DNA of 49,322 nucleotides, taken from positions 6,706-56,027 of the forward strand of contig BLSG01000123.1 in NCBI GenBank assembly GCA_012862495.1, read 5' to 3'. Position numbers and translations under genes: made by a program. Numbering within the stretch: the first letter of the stretch is position 1; every line of letters starts with the position of its first letter. The DNA is from Thraustochytrium aureum (lineage: Eukaryota). The notes under the pieces were generated by a model, which was not told where the DNA came from, searched no databases, and saw only the letters and a list, made by a program, of their open reading frames with translations. Positions 23,374 to 34,943 of this stretch are shown piece by piece.

Positions 23374-26300
23374 TCAGAAGCGCACCGAGTGGCTCGCAAG
23401 AGAGCTCTCGTCCACGCTGTTAGAGATGTGCCTGCGGAACCTGTCCTTCTTGGGCGCCTGCAAGGCGAAATGCGAAGGCAGGCCGCCAATGTCTTCATCG
23501 TGGTCATTATAGTCCAGCGCAGCCTCAAGGTGGGGGTTGACGCACGAGTAACCCATGACGCTGCTTTGGCGGCGCAGGCGCGGCGACGGCGCCAGCGAGC
23601 CATCGAACTCCAGCCCGTCATGCAACAGCCCGCCGACCCCACCGTCGTCAGCGCCATCGCCGCTGTGCATGTCCCCTACCTCCGCGCCGCCTAAAAGTGG
23701 CGGCGGGAGCGACGAGAGCGCAGAGGCAGAGCCAACGCGCCCCGCCGAAAGCTTGCTGCGCAGGTGCAGGTCTGTGCTTTCGCTTGCCGCGGCATCATGA
23801 TGACCCAGCGGCGCAGGTGACGTTCTGCCGTGCGCGCCTCCGCGAGCCGAGGCGTTCGCGCTTCGCACCGTCTCAGACGGAGCCCCGCCGTGGAACGGAA
23901 GCAGGCTCTGCTCCTTCTTGACCACGAGTCGGCGGGAGAGATTTTTCTTCAGGACAACGTTGCGGGACGAGGGGCGCGACAGGTTGGCCCCCATCGACAC
24001 CCGCTTGGCGCTCTTGACCTCCCACAGAATGCGCTTGAGCGTGGTCCCGATCGTTTCCTGGCTAGAGTCTCGCGTGTCGCCAACGTCGCTCGTTTCGCGC
24101 GAGCGGCGCAGCGCGGCCCAGGAAAACGAGTCAGGGTCTGTGAGAAAAGAGCGCACAAAGCACGGCCGATACGCAGGGGTTTGCCGCCAGCAATCGCGCA
24201 TCAGTCGCTCGTAGCCAGCAGGCCACTTGCTGGTCTCGAAGCAGGTCAGGCGGCGGCCCGAGCAGACGAACTCCCTGATGCGTTCTTGGATAGAGTCCAA
24301 GTTGACGTCCACGGCCAGTTCGTCCCAGGGAACGCGGCCCGGGTGGGCCACCTCCCACAGCAGGACAGCAAAGCTGAACGTGTCCGCGGCCTGGTCAAAG
24401 CCCTTGGCCAGCTCAACGTCGTCGTCCTTCATAACCTCGGGCGCCATCCACTGCAGCGTGCCGTGGTTGGCCGGGCTGAGGAACTCGTAGCCCGGCTTCA
24501 GCTCGACAGCAAGGCCAAAGTCGCACAGCTTGGGCACGAACCGGCCGTTGCCGAGGTCGGAAATCAGCACGTTGCTGCTCTTGAGGTCCAAGTGCAACAC
24601 GGCCGGGTTCATCGACTGGAGCGTTTTGAGCGCCTCTGCGATCCCGATCAAGACCTTGATCCGAGCCACCCAGCTCGTGCAGAGCGGCGAGGGGCTCCCC
24701 GCGGACGCTGCACCGCCCGTGGCGAGGTGCCAGGCGAGCGTGTGCGGGCCGCCCAACTCGCTGACGATGAGCACCGTTTTCTCCGAGAAGATCACGCCGT
24801 GCAGGTTGGTAATGTGGCGGTGCGCGGGGACCTTGGAGAGGATCTTGATTTCGTCCAGGAACGAGTCGTCGGCGACGGCCGCCTCGGTGAGCTTCTTGAC
24901 CGCAACAGGAATATAGCCCGCGGGGGAGCTCTGCGTGCTCGCGTCCTTGTCGTCGTCGTCCTTTTGCTCCTGCTCCGGGTCTTCGCGGGAGGCCTGGTCC
25001 TTGCGCAGGAACGCGCGATACACGGTCGAAAAGGCCCCCGAGCCGAGTACGCTGGCTGTGTCCCAGGGCTTGGCTCCGTCCGGGTCAGCGCGAAGCTCTG
25101 ACTCGCCCATTACCAGGTCGTGGNNNNNNNNNNNNNNNNNNNNNNNNNNNNNNNNNNNNNNNNNNNNNNNNNNNNNNNNNNNNNNNNNNNNNNNNNNNNN
25201 NNNNNNNNNNNNNNNNNNNNNNNNNNNNNNNNNNNNNNNNNNNNNNNNNNNNNNNNNNNNNNNNNNNNNNNNNNNNNNNNNNNNNNNNNNNNNNNNNNNN
25301 NNNNNNNNNNNNNNNNNNNNNNNNNNNNNNNNNNNNNNNNNNNNNNNNNNNNNNNNNNNNNNNNNNNNNNNNNNNNNNNNNNNNNNNNNNNNNNNNNNNN
25401 NNNNNNNNNNNNNNNNNNNNNNNNNNNNNNNNNNNNNNNNNNNNNNNNNNNNNNNNNNNNNNNNNNNNNNNNNNNNNNNNNNNNNNNNNNNNNNNNNNNN
25501 NNNNNNNNNNNNNNNNNNNNNNNNNNNNNNNNNNNNNNNNNNNNNNNNNNNNNNNNNNNNNNNNNNNNNNNNNNNNNNNNNNNNNNNNNNNNNNNNNNNN
25601 NNNNNNNNNNNNNNNNNNNNNNNNNNNNNNNNNNNNNNNNNNNNNNNNNNNNNNNNNNNNNNNNNNNNNNNNNNNNNNNNNNNNNNNNNNNNNNNNNNNN
25701 NNNNNNNNNNNNNNNNNNNNNNNNNNNNNNNNNNNNNNNNNNNNNNNNNNNNNNNNNNNNNNNNNNNNNNNNNNNNNNNNNNNNNNNNNNNNNNNNNNNN
25801 NNNNNNNNNNNNNNNNNNNNNNNNNNNNNNNNNNNNNNNNNNNNNNNNNNNNNNNNGGTTTCAAAGAATTGCGGGTCTTCGGCAAAGTCGTCGTACGCCT
25901 CGAGAGGGTCCTCGTCCGCGTCCCCCTGGTTCATCGACTGCGAGAGGATGGCTGCAGCCAAGGACTGGTACTCGGCCGCCGCCTCTTGCGCCCGTTCAAG
26001 AACGACGCCCAGCGTTGAGGCGACAAAGTGGTCCGCGAGGCCGTCCTCCCACTGCTCGGAGGTGAGGTTCTTCACGAGTCCGCTGAGGGCCCCGAAGAGC
26101 AGCTTGAGCAGCGAGGTGTGGACCTGGAGCGAGCAGCGGCCGCACATCTCGGTCAAGAGATCGATGAGCTTGATGCGCTCCTCGGTAAGGCGCTGCGTGA
26201 GCTCGATGTTCTTGCTGCGCTTGATGGATTGCTCTGCCTCGTCGATGTTGAGGGTGGCCACAAACTCGAAGGCGAGCTTTAGGAGGCGCTTTTCCTCTTC

Positions 26301-27316
26301 GCTGAAGAGGATGAGGTAGTGCGGGCGTTCCGTCTCCTTGGAGCTGTCGTTTTCGGGGTCGGCGGCATCCTCAACGGACGAGCTGTCCGAGCCCGGCGAG
26401 TCGGCGGACTCGCGGCTCCGCAGCTTGCTGGTCGACTCGCGCGCGACGCCGCCGTGGCGCACGGCCGAGCTGAGCATCGTGCGCTGCACGACGTCGATCA
26501 CCTTGGAGAGCCAGTTGCGCTCCAGGAGGCGCTCCTGCCATATGGAGCCTTTGGCCGCCAGGTCGGTGGCGATGCGGATCGCAAAGATCTGAAGCGAGCA
26601 CTGGTCGCTCTGGACCAGCTCGGTCGCGTGACCGAGGAGGGCCTTGAGCGAGAGATTGCCGCGCGGAAACCCGCTGCGCGAGGCAAAGTCTGAGAGGACG
26701 CCGCTCGCGACCGTGCGGAGCGACGCCATCCGCGAGGTCGCCAGGACCTTGAGCGCGTTCATCTCTTCCTTGCTCAGGTCTACAAAGGTGTTCTGCGGCT
26801 GCGTCGCGTCGGTGTAGATTTCGCTTTTGTCGCAGCTTTCAGCAGGCTCGCGACGCACTCGCCGGCGCGCACGCGCACGTCCTTGTCAGACGCGTGCAGG
26901 AACTCGAGGGCGAGCTTGAGGCCGCGGCCCAGCTCGTTGAGCGGCGCGCCATCTGGCCCGACGGCCGCGCTTGGAGGCGCGGCGGGCGGCGTTGCGCGTG
27001 CAGACCCCGGCGGTGCGCCGAGGTCCATCCTCCCGACGCCGTTCGCCAAGCCGGCGCCTCGAGCATTGAGGCGGCTGGCCATGGCTGCGGCCATGGCGGC
27101 CTCGGCGGCAGAGCCCTCCGCCCGGGAGCGGCTGATCGCTGGCGGCAGTGAGAGAGCGGCCTGAAACTCTTGGTGCCGCGACTGCTCTTGTTTGTGGGCG
27201 AGGCGCCGTTGCTTTGTTTCCGACGCTCGAGTGGCGGCCTCCCGGATGCGGTCCTTGTTGAGCGCCTCTGTCATTGGGCCCTTTTCCTCGAGGGTCGAAG
27301 CCAACGCGGCCGAGTC
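23374..27316 (-). CDS. Tyrosine-kinase-like (TKL) kinase with helical/ARM-like N-terminal region; spans gaps, start not visible
   Basis: Kinase at 23374-25123: GSGAFSTVY, VAVKKL, HLDLKSSN, DFG, GTLQWMAPE, CWRQTPAYRP. Same-strand open coding blocks at 25858-27316 have helical-repeat character and a 1-nt indel at about 26838. Joining across gap 25124-25857 is inferred. Confidence 0.8.
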
Positions 27317-29044
27317 NNNNNNNNNNNNNNNNNNNNNNNNNNNNNNNNNNNNNNNNNNNNNNNNNNNNNNNNNNNNNNNNNNNNNNNNNNNNNNNNNNNN
27401 NNNNNNNNNNNNNNNNNNNNNNNNNNNNNNNNNNNNNNNNNNNNNNNNNNNNNNNNNNNNNNNNNNNNNNNNNNNNNNNNNNNNNNNNNNNNNNNNNNNN
27501 NNNNNNNNNNNNNNNNNNNNNNNNNNNNNNNNNNNNNNNNNNNNNNNNNNNNNNNNNNNNNNNNNNNNNNNNNNNNNNNNNNNNNNNNNNNNNNNNNNNN
27601 NNNNNNNNNNNNNNNNNNNNNNNNNNNNNNNNNNNNNNNNNNNNNNNNNNNNNNNNNNNNNNNNNNNNNNNNNNNNNNNNNNNNNNNNNNNNNNNNNNNN
27701 NNNNNNNNNNNNNNNNNNNNNNNNNNNNNNNNNNNNNNNNNNNNNNNNNNNNNNNNNNNNNNNNNNNNNNNNNNNNNNNNNNNNNNNNNNNNNNNNNNNN
27801 NNNNNNNNNNNNNNNNNNNNNNNNNNNNNNNNNNNNNNNNNNNNNNNNNNNNNNNNNNNNNNNNNNNNNNNNNNNNNNNNNNNNNNNNNNNNNNNNNNNN
27901 NNNNNNNNNNNNNNNNNNNNNNNNNNNNNNNNNNNNNNNNNNNNNNNNNNNNNNNNNNNNNNNNNNNNNNNNNNNNNNNNNNNNNNNNNNNNNNNNNNNN
28001 NNNNNNNNNNNNNNNNNNNNNNNNNNNNNNNNNNNNNNNNNNNNNGCCTGTGCGAGGGGGAAGGGGGGAGGGAAGATACAGCGGAAAGTGTGAACTCGAA
28101 GGCGGGCAAGGTGTGTGGGGTCGGTCGGTGGCAGAGGGAAGGAAGGTGGGAGGGAGGAGGGCGATGGTTTGCCAATCGACGGCAAGCCCAGCGCGGCTCT
28201 CGGGCGCGGTCGTCGTGAATCGTGATGCCACGCACTGCACGGCCTGGGTGCCCACGGCGGCCCCCCATGCCGACGACGCCTTGATGATGCCACTTGGCCA
28301 GGCCACTGGCAGACCTGCTCGGCCCTCGACCCTCCTTCCTTCGCTCTGTTGGCTTCTTGCGCTCGCGCGGGGCGAGAGCCGGGGCAGTCGTGAATGCGCG
28401 TGCCAGGCCCGCCGACGTGCGGCTTGCACGGCTTCTGAACTCTGATGATTGACCCCATGACTTGGCCCGGGAATGCAAAAGATCCACGCTGGCGGGCGGC
28501 GGGCGGCCGAGCTTGCCATTTCTGATGAGAAAGAAGAGCGAGCGAGGGGCTGGCAAACCAACCAAGCCTTGCAGCAGGACCACAAACCGCAAGACACCAA
28601 AAGCACAAAAGCAGCGCCACAACGGCGCTGCTGCCTGCCAACTCGGGCAGCCGGAAAAAGCCACACGCGGCGGCATCCTCAACGAGCCCGGCCCCGGCCA
28701 CCAACCAAAACAACCCAACTCCCAAGTCGTTGAACATCGCTTGCTTGGCGAAGTTCGCGCTGTGTTCCTCGGCGCTGCGACACAGAGGAACGCGGTGCGC
28801 ACCGATGCGTTTGGCAGCATCGACAACAAACTCGCGATGAGGCAGAGCCCGATCGATAGCTCCGCGCCCAGGCCCTGTGCCAAGCCGCTCGACTTGGCTT
28901 GGAGGAAGGCAATTCGAGGCAGGGCATCCCTTGGCGCGCGCAGCGGGCTGAGGTGCAGCGGTTGCAACAAGCGAGACCCGCGTCGCCGCGTTCACGCCGC
29001 GCTGAGGCTCACAGGACTCGACCCGCTCGGCGCTGCAGCGCAGG

Positions 29045-30432
29045 ATGGTTGAAGGTCACTCCGTGCAGTAAGTACTGCGGCGAAAGACCCGCGCGCCTTC
29101 TCGCCTCTAACCTTGGCCGGTCGTGGGCTCGCCCGTCGACAGCCGGCTCGCACATGCCTTCAACAAGGCCGTCGCAGGAAAGAGACTCCGCGCGAGCTCC
29201 CCGAACGGGCGCTTCACGGACGGGGCCAAGATGATCTCGGGAAAGAAGCTGCAAAAGCTCGAAGCGGTCGGGAAAAACCTTTTCGCATTCTTCGAAGGCG
29301 ACCACGTGATCCACGTGCACTTTGGCATGAGCGGGCGCTGGGCTCTCTTCGATGCCGACAAGGCACCCGAGCCAACCCCGACGACGCGGCTGCGCCTCGA
29401 AGACGCAACCGTAGTAACGCATCTTTCGGCCATGACTCTGGCGATCGGCGGCCCGGATCTGTTCGAGGAGAAGCGCAGGGCCCTCGGCGAAGACCCGCTC
29501 CGCGAAGATGCCGACCCGGACAAACTCTGGGCGCGTGTGCAGGCCTCGCGCAAGTCGATTGGCCTCCTGCTCATGGACCAGGCTTTCTTCGCTGGGGTCG
29601 GCAACATCTTTCGCGCCGAGATCCTTTCAAGGCCGGCCTGCACCCGAACCGGCCTGCAAAGTCGCTCGTCCGAAGCGAGTTTGATGTGGTCTGGGGCCAT
29701 GCTGTGGACCTGTTGCAGCGCGGGTTCAAGCTCGGGAGCATTATCACTGTGGACGAAGAGGAGGCGCGCAAGCTAGGCAAGCCGGGCTTGCGTCGGTACA
29801 TTTACAACCAAGCGCGGTGCGGGCGATGCGGGTCGCGCGTCGTCAGCTGGGACATGGCCTCGCGAACATGCTACGCGTGCCCGACCTGCCAGCCTGTCGG
29901 CACGAGCGCGCCCGCCCCAGAGAATGCAAAGGAGGCCAGCTTGTTCCAGAGCCACTGCGCGGCTGACTCGCTGCTTGACCGGCTGCTGGCCCCGGAGAAG
30001 CTGAGCGTCGCAGAGCTGCGGGCAGCGCTGCAAAAGCGCCAGCTTGCCACGACTGGCAGCAAGGCGGTGCTTGTCGCTCGCTTCAAAGCGCATAGCGCTG
30101 CGAAGGACGAACTTGGGACCCGTGAGCCAGACCAAGCAAGAGACCGAGAAATGGCAAGCAGCAAGACGGTGGCGCAGCAGGGGCGGCAAGCTAGCTCGGG
30201 AGGCCCGCCTGCAGTCAAAGTGGAGCCGGACGCAGCGCCTGCGCTGCGCGCCTCGAGACAAACGCGCCGCCCGGGCACTAAACACCTCGGCGCCGCCGCA
30301 ACGGCCAAGCAAGCAGCCCACGAGAAGGCCGCTGCAGGAGAGAAGCGGAACGTCGTGCACGTTGCCGAGTTTGACCTGCGCCGCTCAACGCGCAAGCGCC
30401 GCGCCCCTGGCGCGGCAGCGCCTCCGAGTTAA
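29045..30432 (+). CDS. Fpg/Nei-family DNA glycosylase with zinc finger and C-terminal SAP domain
   Basis: Spliced N-terminus MVEGHSVHRLA, SSPNGRF, GKNLF, HFGMSG, H2TH motif LLMDQAFFAGVGNIFRAEIL, CGRC...CPTCQ zinc finger, SAP-like LSVAELRAALQKRQLATTGSKAVLVARF. 1-nt deletion at about 29626. Confidence 0.92.
29068..29142 (+). other. Spliceosomal intron (75 nt)
   Basis: GTAAGT donor, CTAAC branch point, CAG acceptor. Removal restores VEGHSV-H-RLA and removes in-frame stops. Confidence 0.9.
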
Positions 30433-30474
30433 GCGAAAAATCCGTTCTACCCTCCGCCCTCGCTAGTCTTGCTC

Positions 30475-31589
30475 CTACTTGGCCCCACGACCGCCGATGG
30501 CCTCGCCCTTGTCGTCGCCGTCCGACGCGAGCCACGCGACCCTGTACACGCTAAAGTGGTGGTTGAGCGACGGATGGCTGTGCAAGGCGTGCACTGACCC
30601 CAAGCTGCCTTTCTCTGGGCTAGGTGCGATATAAAACACCCGCCGGATCCGGCTGTGCAGGAGGGCCATCGCGCACATGACACACGGCTCGTGCGTGGTG
30701 TAAAAGTCCAATCCCGTCAGCAAATAGGTCTCGATGGGGTCGAAGAACGCCTCGATCCCTGTGAGGGCCTCGGCTCCCGCACTCGACGCCTCGTCGCCCG
30801 AGACTCGCCGTCGCTTGTGATTTTCTCGGGCCAAGCCCGCTGCACCTAGTGCAGAATACTGCTGCCGCACCTTCCCGATAGCCTGCGAGGCCTTGTCGAT
30901 ACACGCCAAGGCGCAGTGCTTGAGAGGGTGGCCTTCGACTTGCGTTAGGTCAATGCTCTGCGCAACGAGGGTGTTCGTTTTGGCCTCGACCACGCATCCT
31001 GCCGGTACGCCCCCGTTCGCGGCGCTCAGCTCGCTCACCAGCTGCACCCACTGCTCGCGCCTTTGGCACGACTCGTCGTCGTCCTCGAGCGCCAACGGGC
31101 CGAGCTGAGGCCGCGCGCCAATGGTGGTCCGCCTCGGGGTGAATCTGACAGGCCAGACGGTATCCGCCCATGCTTTGGACTCTGCCAAGCACACTGGGCC
31201 ACTAGACGGCAGCGCGAGTACCTGGCCCTGCGGCTCGACGAGGGCCAAGAGCGCTTCGTTTGTGCCGTTCAAAGTTGTTGCCAATTCCACCTGGTCCCCG
31301 GGCTGCACGTGCTCCAACGCACGTCCTACAAGGACACGGGCCGCGCCGGTGCGCTTGTTGATGCGGCTCAGGTGGTCCAGGTCCGCAGGAAGCTCCCAGT
31401 CGGGCCCGCTCAGGGCCTTGAGCGCCTTGCCGATCAGCTTGGCCTCGCGGACGGTGGCAACCACGCAAGTGGCAAAGCCAGGCGGCCCCGCGCCTTGCCA
31501 GCCTCTGCGCAGGCAACGCGATCCAGCTCGTCCTGCACTTGCGGTGCAAAAACCTGCACCCAGGCGAGCCGCCGCTCGCTGCCCTGCAT
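30475..31589 (-). CDS. ADAT3: tRNA-specific adenosine-34 deaminase non-catalytic subunit (ADAT3/Tad3)
   Basis: LDHLSRI, HPLKHCA (lacks the catalytic Glu of HAE), YLLTGLDFYTTHEPCVMCAMALLHSRI, LNHHFSVY. 1-nt deletion at about 31475. Confidence 0.88.
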
Positions 31590-31612
31590 ATTTCGTGGCC
31601 TTGCCGGCGGGG

Positions 31613-31954
31613 TCAGTCTTTCCGCGCGCGCTTCTCTGTGCCTGTGGCTGCCGTGCGCGTCGTCGCCGCCTGGCGCTTGCCAGACTCCCCTTCGGCGCTT
31701 GTCTTCAGCTCCTCGTCCTCGCTGCCCCGTGCGCCTCCGCCGGCGAGCGGCTCGACAGGGGCGGCCTTGGCCACCTGCACGCTCTGGAAATGCCCCAATG
31801 TGGCGGCGAGGCGTGCCGTCTCGCGCTCTGCAGCTCCCAGGGTAGCCTCCAGCTGCTCGTTCATAGCCCGCACGTTGCTCGCAACGCCGCCCAGCGCCTT
31901 GCAGGCGAGCGTGAGCGCGCGCACGGTGCTGGCCGCCAGCTCCACGTCGCCCAT
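31613..31954 (-). CDS. Small coiled-coil protein, possibly DASH/Dam1 complex Dad1-like
   Basis: GCC-ATG context and coding-like codon usage. The helix LGGVASNVRAMNEQLEATL...LGHF resembles my recollection of the Dad1 pattern; identity not verified. Confidence 0.45.
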   Translation of the reverse strand: MGDVELAASTVRALTLACKALGGVASNVRAMNEQLEATLGAAERETARLAATLGHFQSVQVAKAAPVEPLAGGGARGSEDEELKTSAEGESGKRQAATTRTAATGTEKRARKD

Positions 31955-32345
31955 GGCCGGCCGAGTGCGAGGGATGGGATGGGAGACTGACCGGGAGGCC
32001 GTCCGGCGCCAGCCCGCGATGAAAAGGGACGCGCCGCTCGCCTGCCCGCTCGCCCGTGCGCGGCGCAGCAGGGCCGCGACGAGCTCGGCCTCCGCCTGCT
32101 TGGCCACTCGCGCCGGTCGCAAGCAGCTTGCGAGGTTGGTGAGGACCGGGTCTGGCCAACTCCTGCGAGCGGGGCTTTGCTTCTGTGACGGAGGCCAGGC
32201 CGGGCAGAATCGGCGCGCGCAGCCGAAGCGGGCTCGACATGGGCCTGCCTGTGTATGGATGCGCTTAGGCGAGTGTCTATGGGCAGGCAGTTTGTTTCTA
32301 AAGGTATCCTTGGATCAGTGTCGGGTCGCCGGCGGGCAAGTGCGG

Positions 32346-33420
32346 TCAATACGGGGCTTCCGCCGCCGCTGCAAACGCTGCGATGCCAAGGCACAGCGCT
32401 GCAAGGACGCTCGTCGAGTCGGCGCGAGCTGCCTTCACGGCGGCAGAAGACCTCGGTGACGCGGTTGGGCGCGACGTCGTGGGCCGCGGCGTGCTCGGCG
32501 GGTTCCTATCGTTGAAGGTGGGCGAGGCTTGCGGTGAGGCACCCGGGGCCGCTGACGGGGAAGCCTGTGGAGACCCCTGCGGGGAGGCTTGTGGTGCGTC
32601 CGTGATGACCTGGCCAGGAACGGGCGAGCCTGTCGGCGCGCGCGTCGGCCGCGCGGTGTCGAACTGCGCGCAGTCACCGAGTTCGGTCGCCGGATCCTCG
32701 AGGTCGTGGGCGTCGGCAGTGAACGGCGGCACAGTTCCGCAGGTGAAGGGGGTGCGCACATACAATGACTTGAGATTGGTCAGGCGCGGGAGCGGGGGGA
32801 TCGTGCCAACGAACTCGTTGTCAGCGAGGACCAGCTTCTCCAACGCGACCAGGTTCCCAAGCCCTGCCGGCAAGGTGCCGTCCATCCTGTTTTCGTTCAG
32901 CCAGACCGACTTTAGGTTGGTGAGCTCGCCGATAGCGCTCGGTATGGGCCCGGACAGCTTGTTGCGCCAAATTTCGATGTTGTTGAGCTGCTTGAGCTCC
33001 GCGATTGCGCTTGGCAGCGTCCCGTGGATGTCGTTCATGTTGAGGTTGAGGCTGGTCAGCGAGGTCATGAGCCCCAGGCTTGCGGGGATGGAGCCGTGGA
33101 TCTTGTTCCGGGGCAGCCAGAGCAGCTCGAGCTTGTCAAGCCGCCCAATTTCCTCAGGTAGGGTCCCGAGGTCGCCGCCCTCAATGTGGAGCCACGTCAG
33201 CTTGTCGAGGCCTTCCAGCGCAGCCAGCGAGCCCCGCACGGGCACCTTGAGGTTATTCGTGGACAAGCAAACCACGCTCGTCAGCCCGGCAATCTTCGCG
33301 ACGTCCTCCAACGTCTCCACCGCGTGGCACGACGTCGGCTCGCAGTGGCACAGCCCGTCCGCGCGGCTCACCCGCCGCCGCAGCAGCGGCGGCCAGGACC
33401 AGCGCCCGTCCAACCCCCAT
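32346..33420 (-). CDS. Secreted, probably GPI-anchored leucine-rich-repeat protein
   Basis: Signal peptide MGVGRALVLAAAAAAAVSRADG after correcting a 1-nt indel at about 33372. Plant-type LRRs (LxLxxNxLxGxIPxxLG), an S/P/A/Q-rich stalk and a hydrophobic C-terminus. Confidence 0.85.
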
Positions 33421-34943
33421 CCCGCCAACCCGCTCGCCAGCTACCAACTGACGCGGCCGCCTCAGCTCCGCGACGGCGCGTCCGTCGCTTTCGGGCTCTG
33501 CGCAGCTCTCGGCTCTCGCGCTTCCAAGCAAAAACCGGCGCGATTCCGGCCCTTGGAGATGAACAAAAGAACAATCCAACGAAACGAGCCGACCAAGGTA
33601 CAAAAGAGCTGTTCTTTCCTCGCCGCCCGAGGAACGCTTTCCAATGGAGCGACAGACAAGAATGCGTCCGTCCTCCAGATGGCCCGATGCGGCCGCCGGC
33701 AGTGCGCAGTGCTGCGTGGACGCTGGCGAGCGCGGGCTTTGACGCTGGCCTTTGACGCGTGCGGCGCCGGCCCTGGGCTTTTGCCTGTCACTCTGTCTCT
33801 GTCATTCTGCCTGTCGGTTGACGCGTTGTTGACGCGTTTTTGTGGACGGCTGCTCGTGGACGCGCCCTCTGCGTCGTGACGAGTGCCGCGCGGACGCGGT
33901 CGGTTGACGAGACTGGTCCAGACCGGCTCGCAGGTTGGCCTCGCGAGGGCTGCTCGCAGGGCCGCCGAGGTGCTCGCTGTCGGGTTTGNNNNNNNNNNNN
34001 NNNNNNNNNNNNNNNNNNNNNNNNNNNNNNNNNNNNNNNNNNNNNNNNNNNNNNNNNNNNNNNNNNNNNNNNNNNNNNNNNNNNNNNNNNNNNNNNNNNN
34101 NNNNNNNNNNNNNNNNNNNNNNNNNNNNNNNNNNNNNNNNNNNNNNNNNNNNNNNNNNNNNNNNNNNNNNNNNNNNNNNNNNNNNNNNNNNNNNNNNNNN
34201 NNNNNNNNNNNNNNNNNNNNNNNNNNNNNNNNNNNNNNNNNNNNNNNNNNNNNNNNNNNNNNNNNNNNNNNNNNNNNNNNNNNNNNNNNNNNNNNNNNNN
34301 NNNNNNNNNNNNNNNNNNNNNNNNNNNNNNNNNNNNNNNNNNNNNNNNNNNNNNNNNNNNNNNNNNNNNNNNNNNNNNNNNNNNNNNNNNNNNNNNNNNN
34401 NNNNNNNNNNNNNNNNNNNNNNNNNNNNNNNNNNNNNNNNNNNNNNNNNNNNNNNNNNNNNNNNNNNNNNNNNNNNNNNNNNNNNNNNNNNNNNNNNNNN
34501 NNNNNNNNNNNNNNNNNNNNNNNNNNNNNNNNNNNNNNNNNNNNNNNNNNNNNNNNNNNNNNNNNNNNNNNNNNNNNNNNNNNNNNNNNNNNNNNNNNNN
34601 NNNNNNNNNNNNNNNNNNNNNNNNNNNNNNNNNNNNNNNNNNNNNNNNNNNNNNNNNNNNNNNNNNNNNNNNNNNNNNNNNNNNNNNNNNNNNNNNNNNN
34701 NNNNNNNNNNNNNNNNNNNNNNNNNNNNNNNNNNNNNNNNNNNNNNNNNNNNNNNNNNNNNNNNNNNNNNNNNNNNNNNNNNNNNNNNNNNNNNNNNNNN
34801 NNNNNNNNNNNNNNNNNNNNNNNNNNNNNNNNNNNNNNNNNNNNNNNNNNNNNNNNNNNNNNNNNNNNNNNNNNNNNNNNNNNNNNNNNNNNNNNNNNNN
34901 NNNNNNNNNNNNNNNNNNNNNNNNNNNNNNNNNNNNNNNNNNN

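Noticed and set aside
25085..28995. Long ORFs composed mostly of X, also at 33802-35864
   Set aside because: Artefacts of translating through N gaps.
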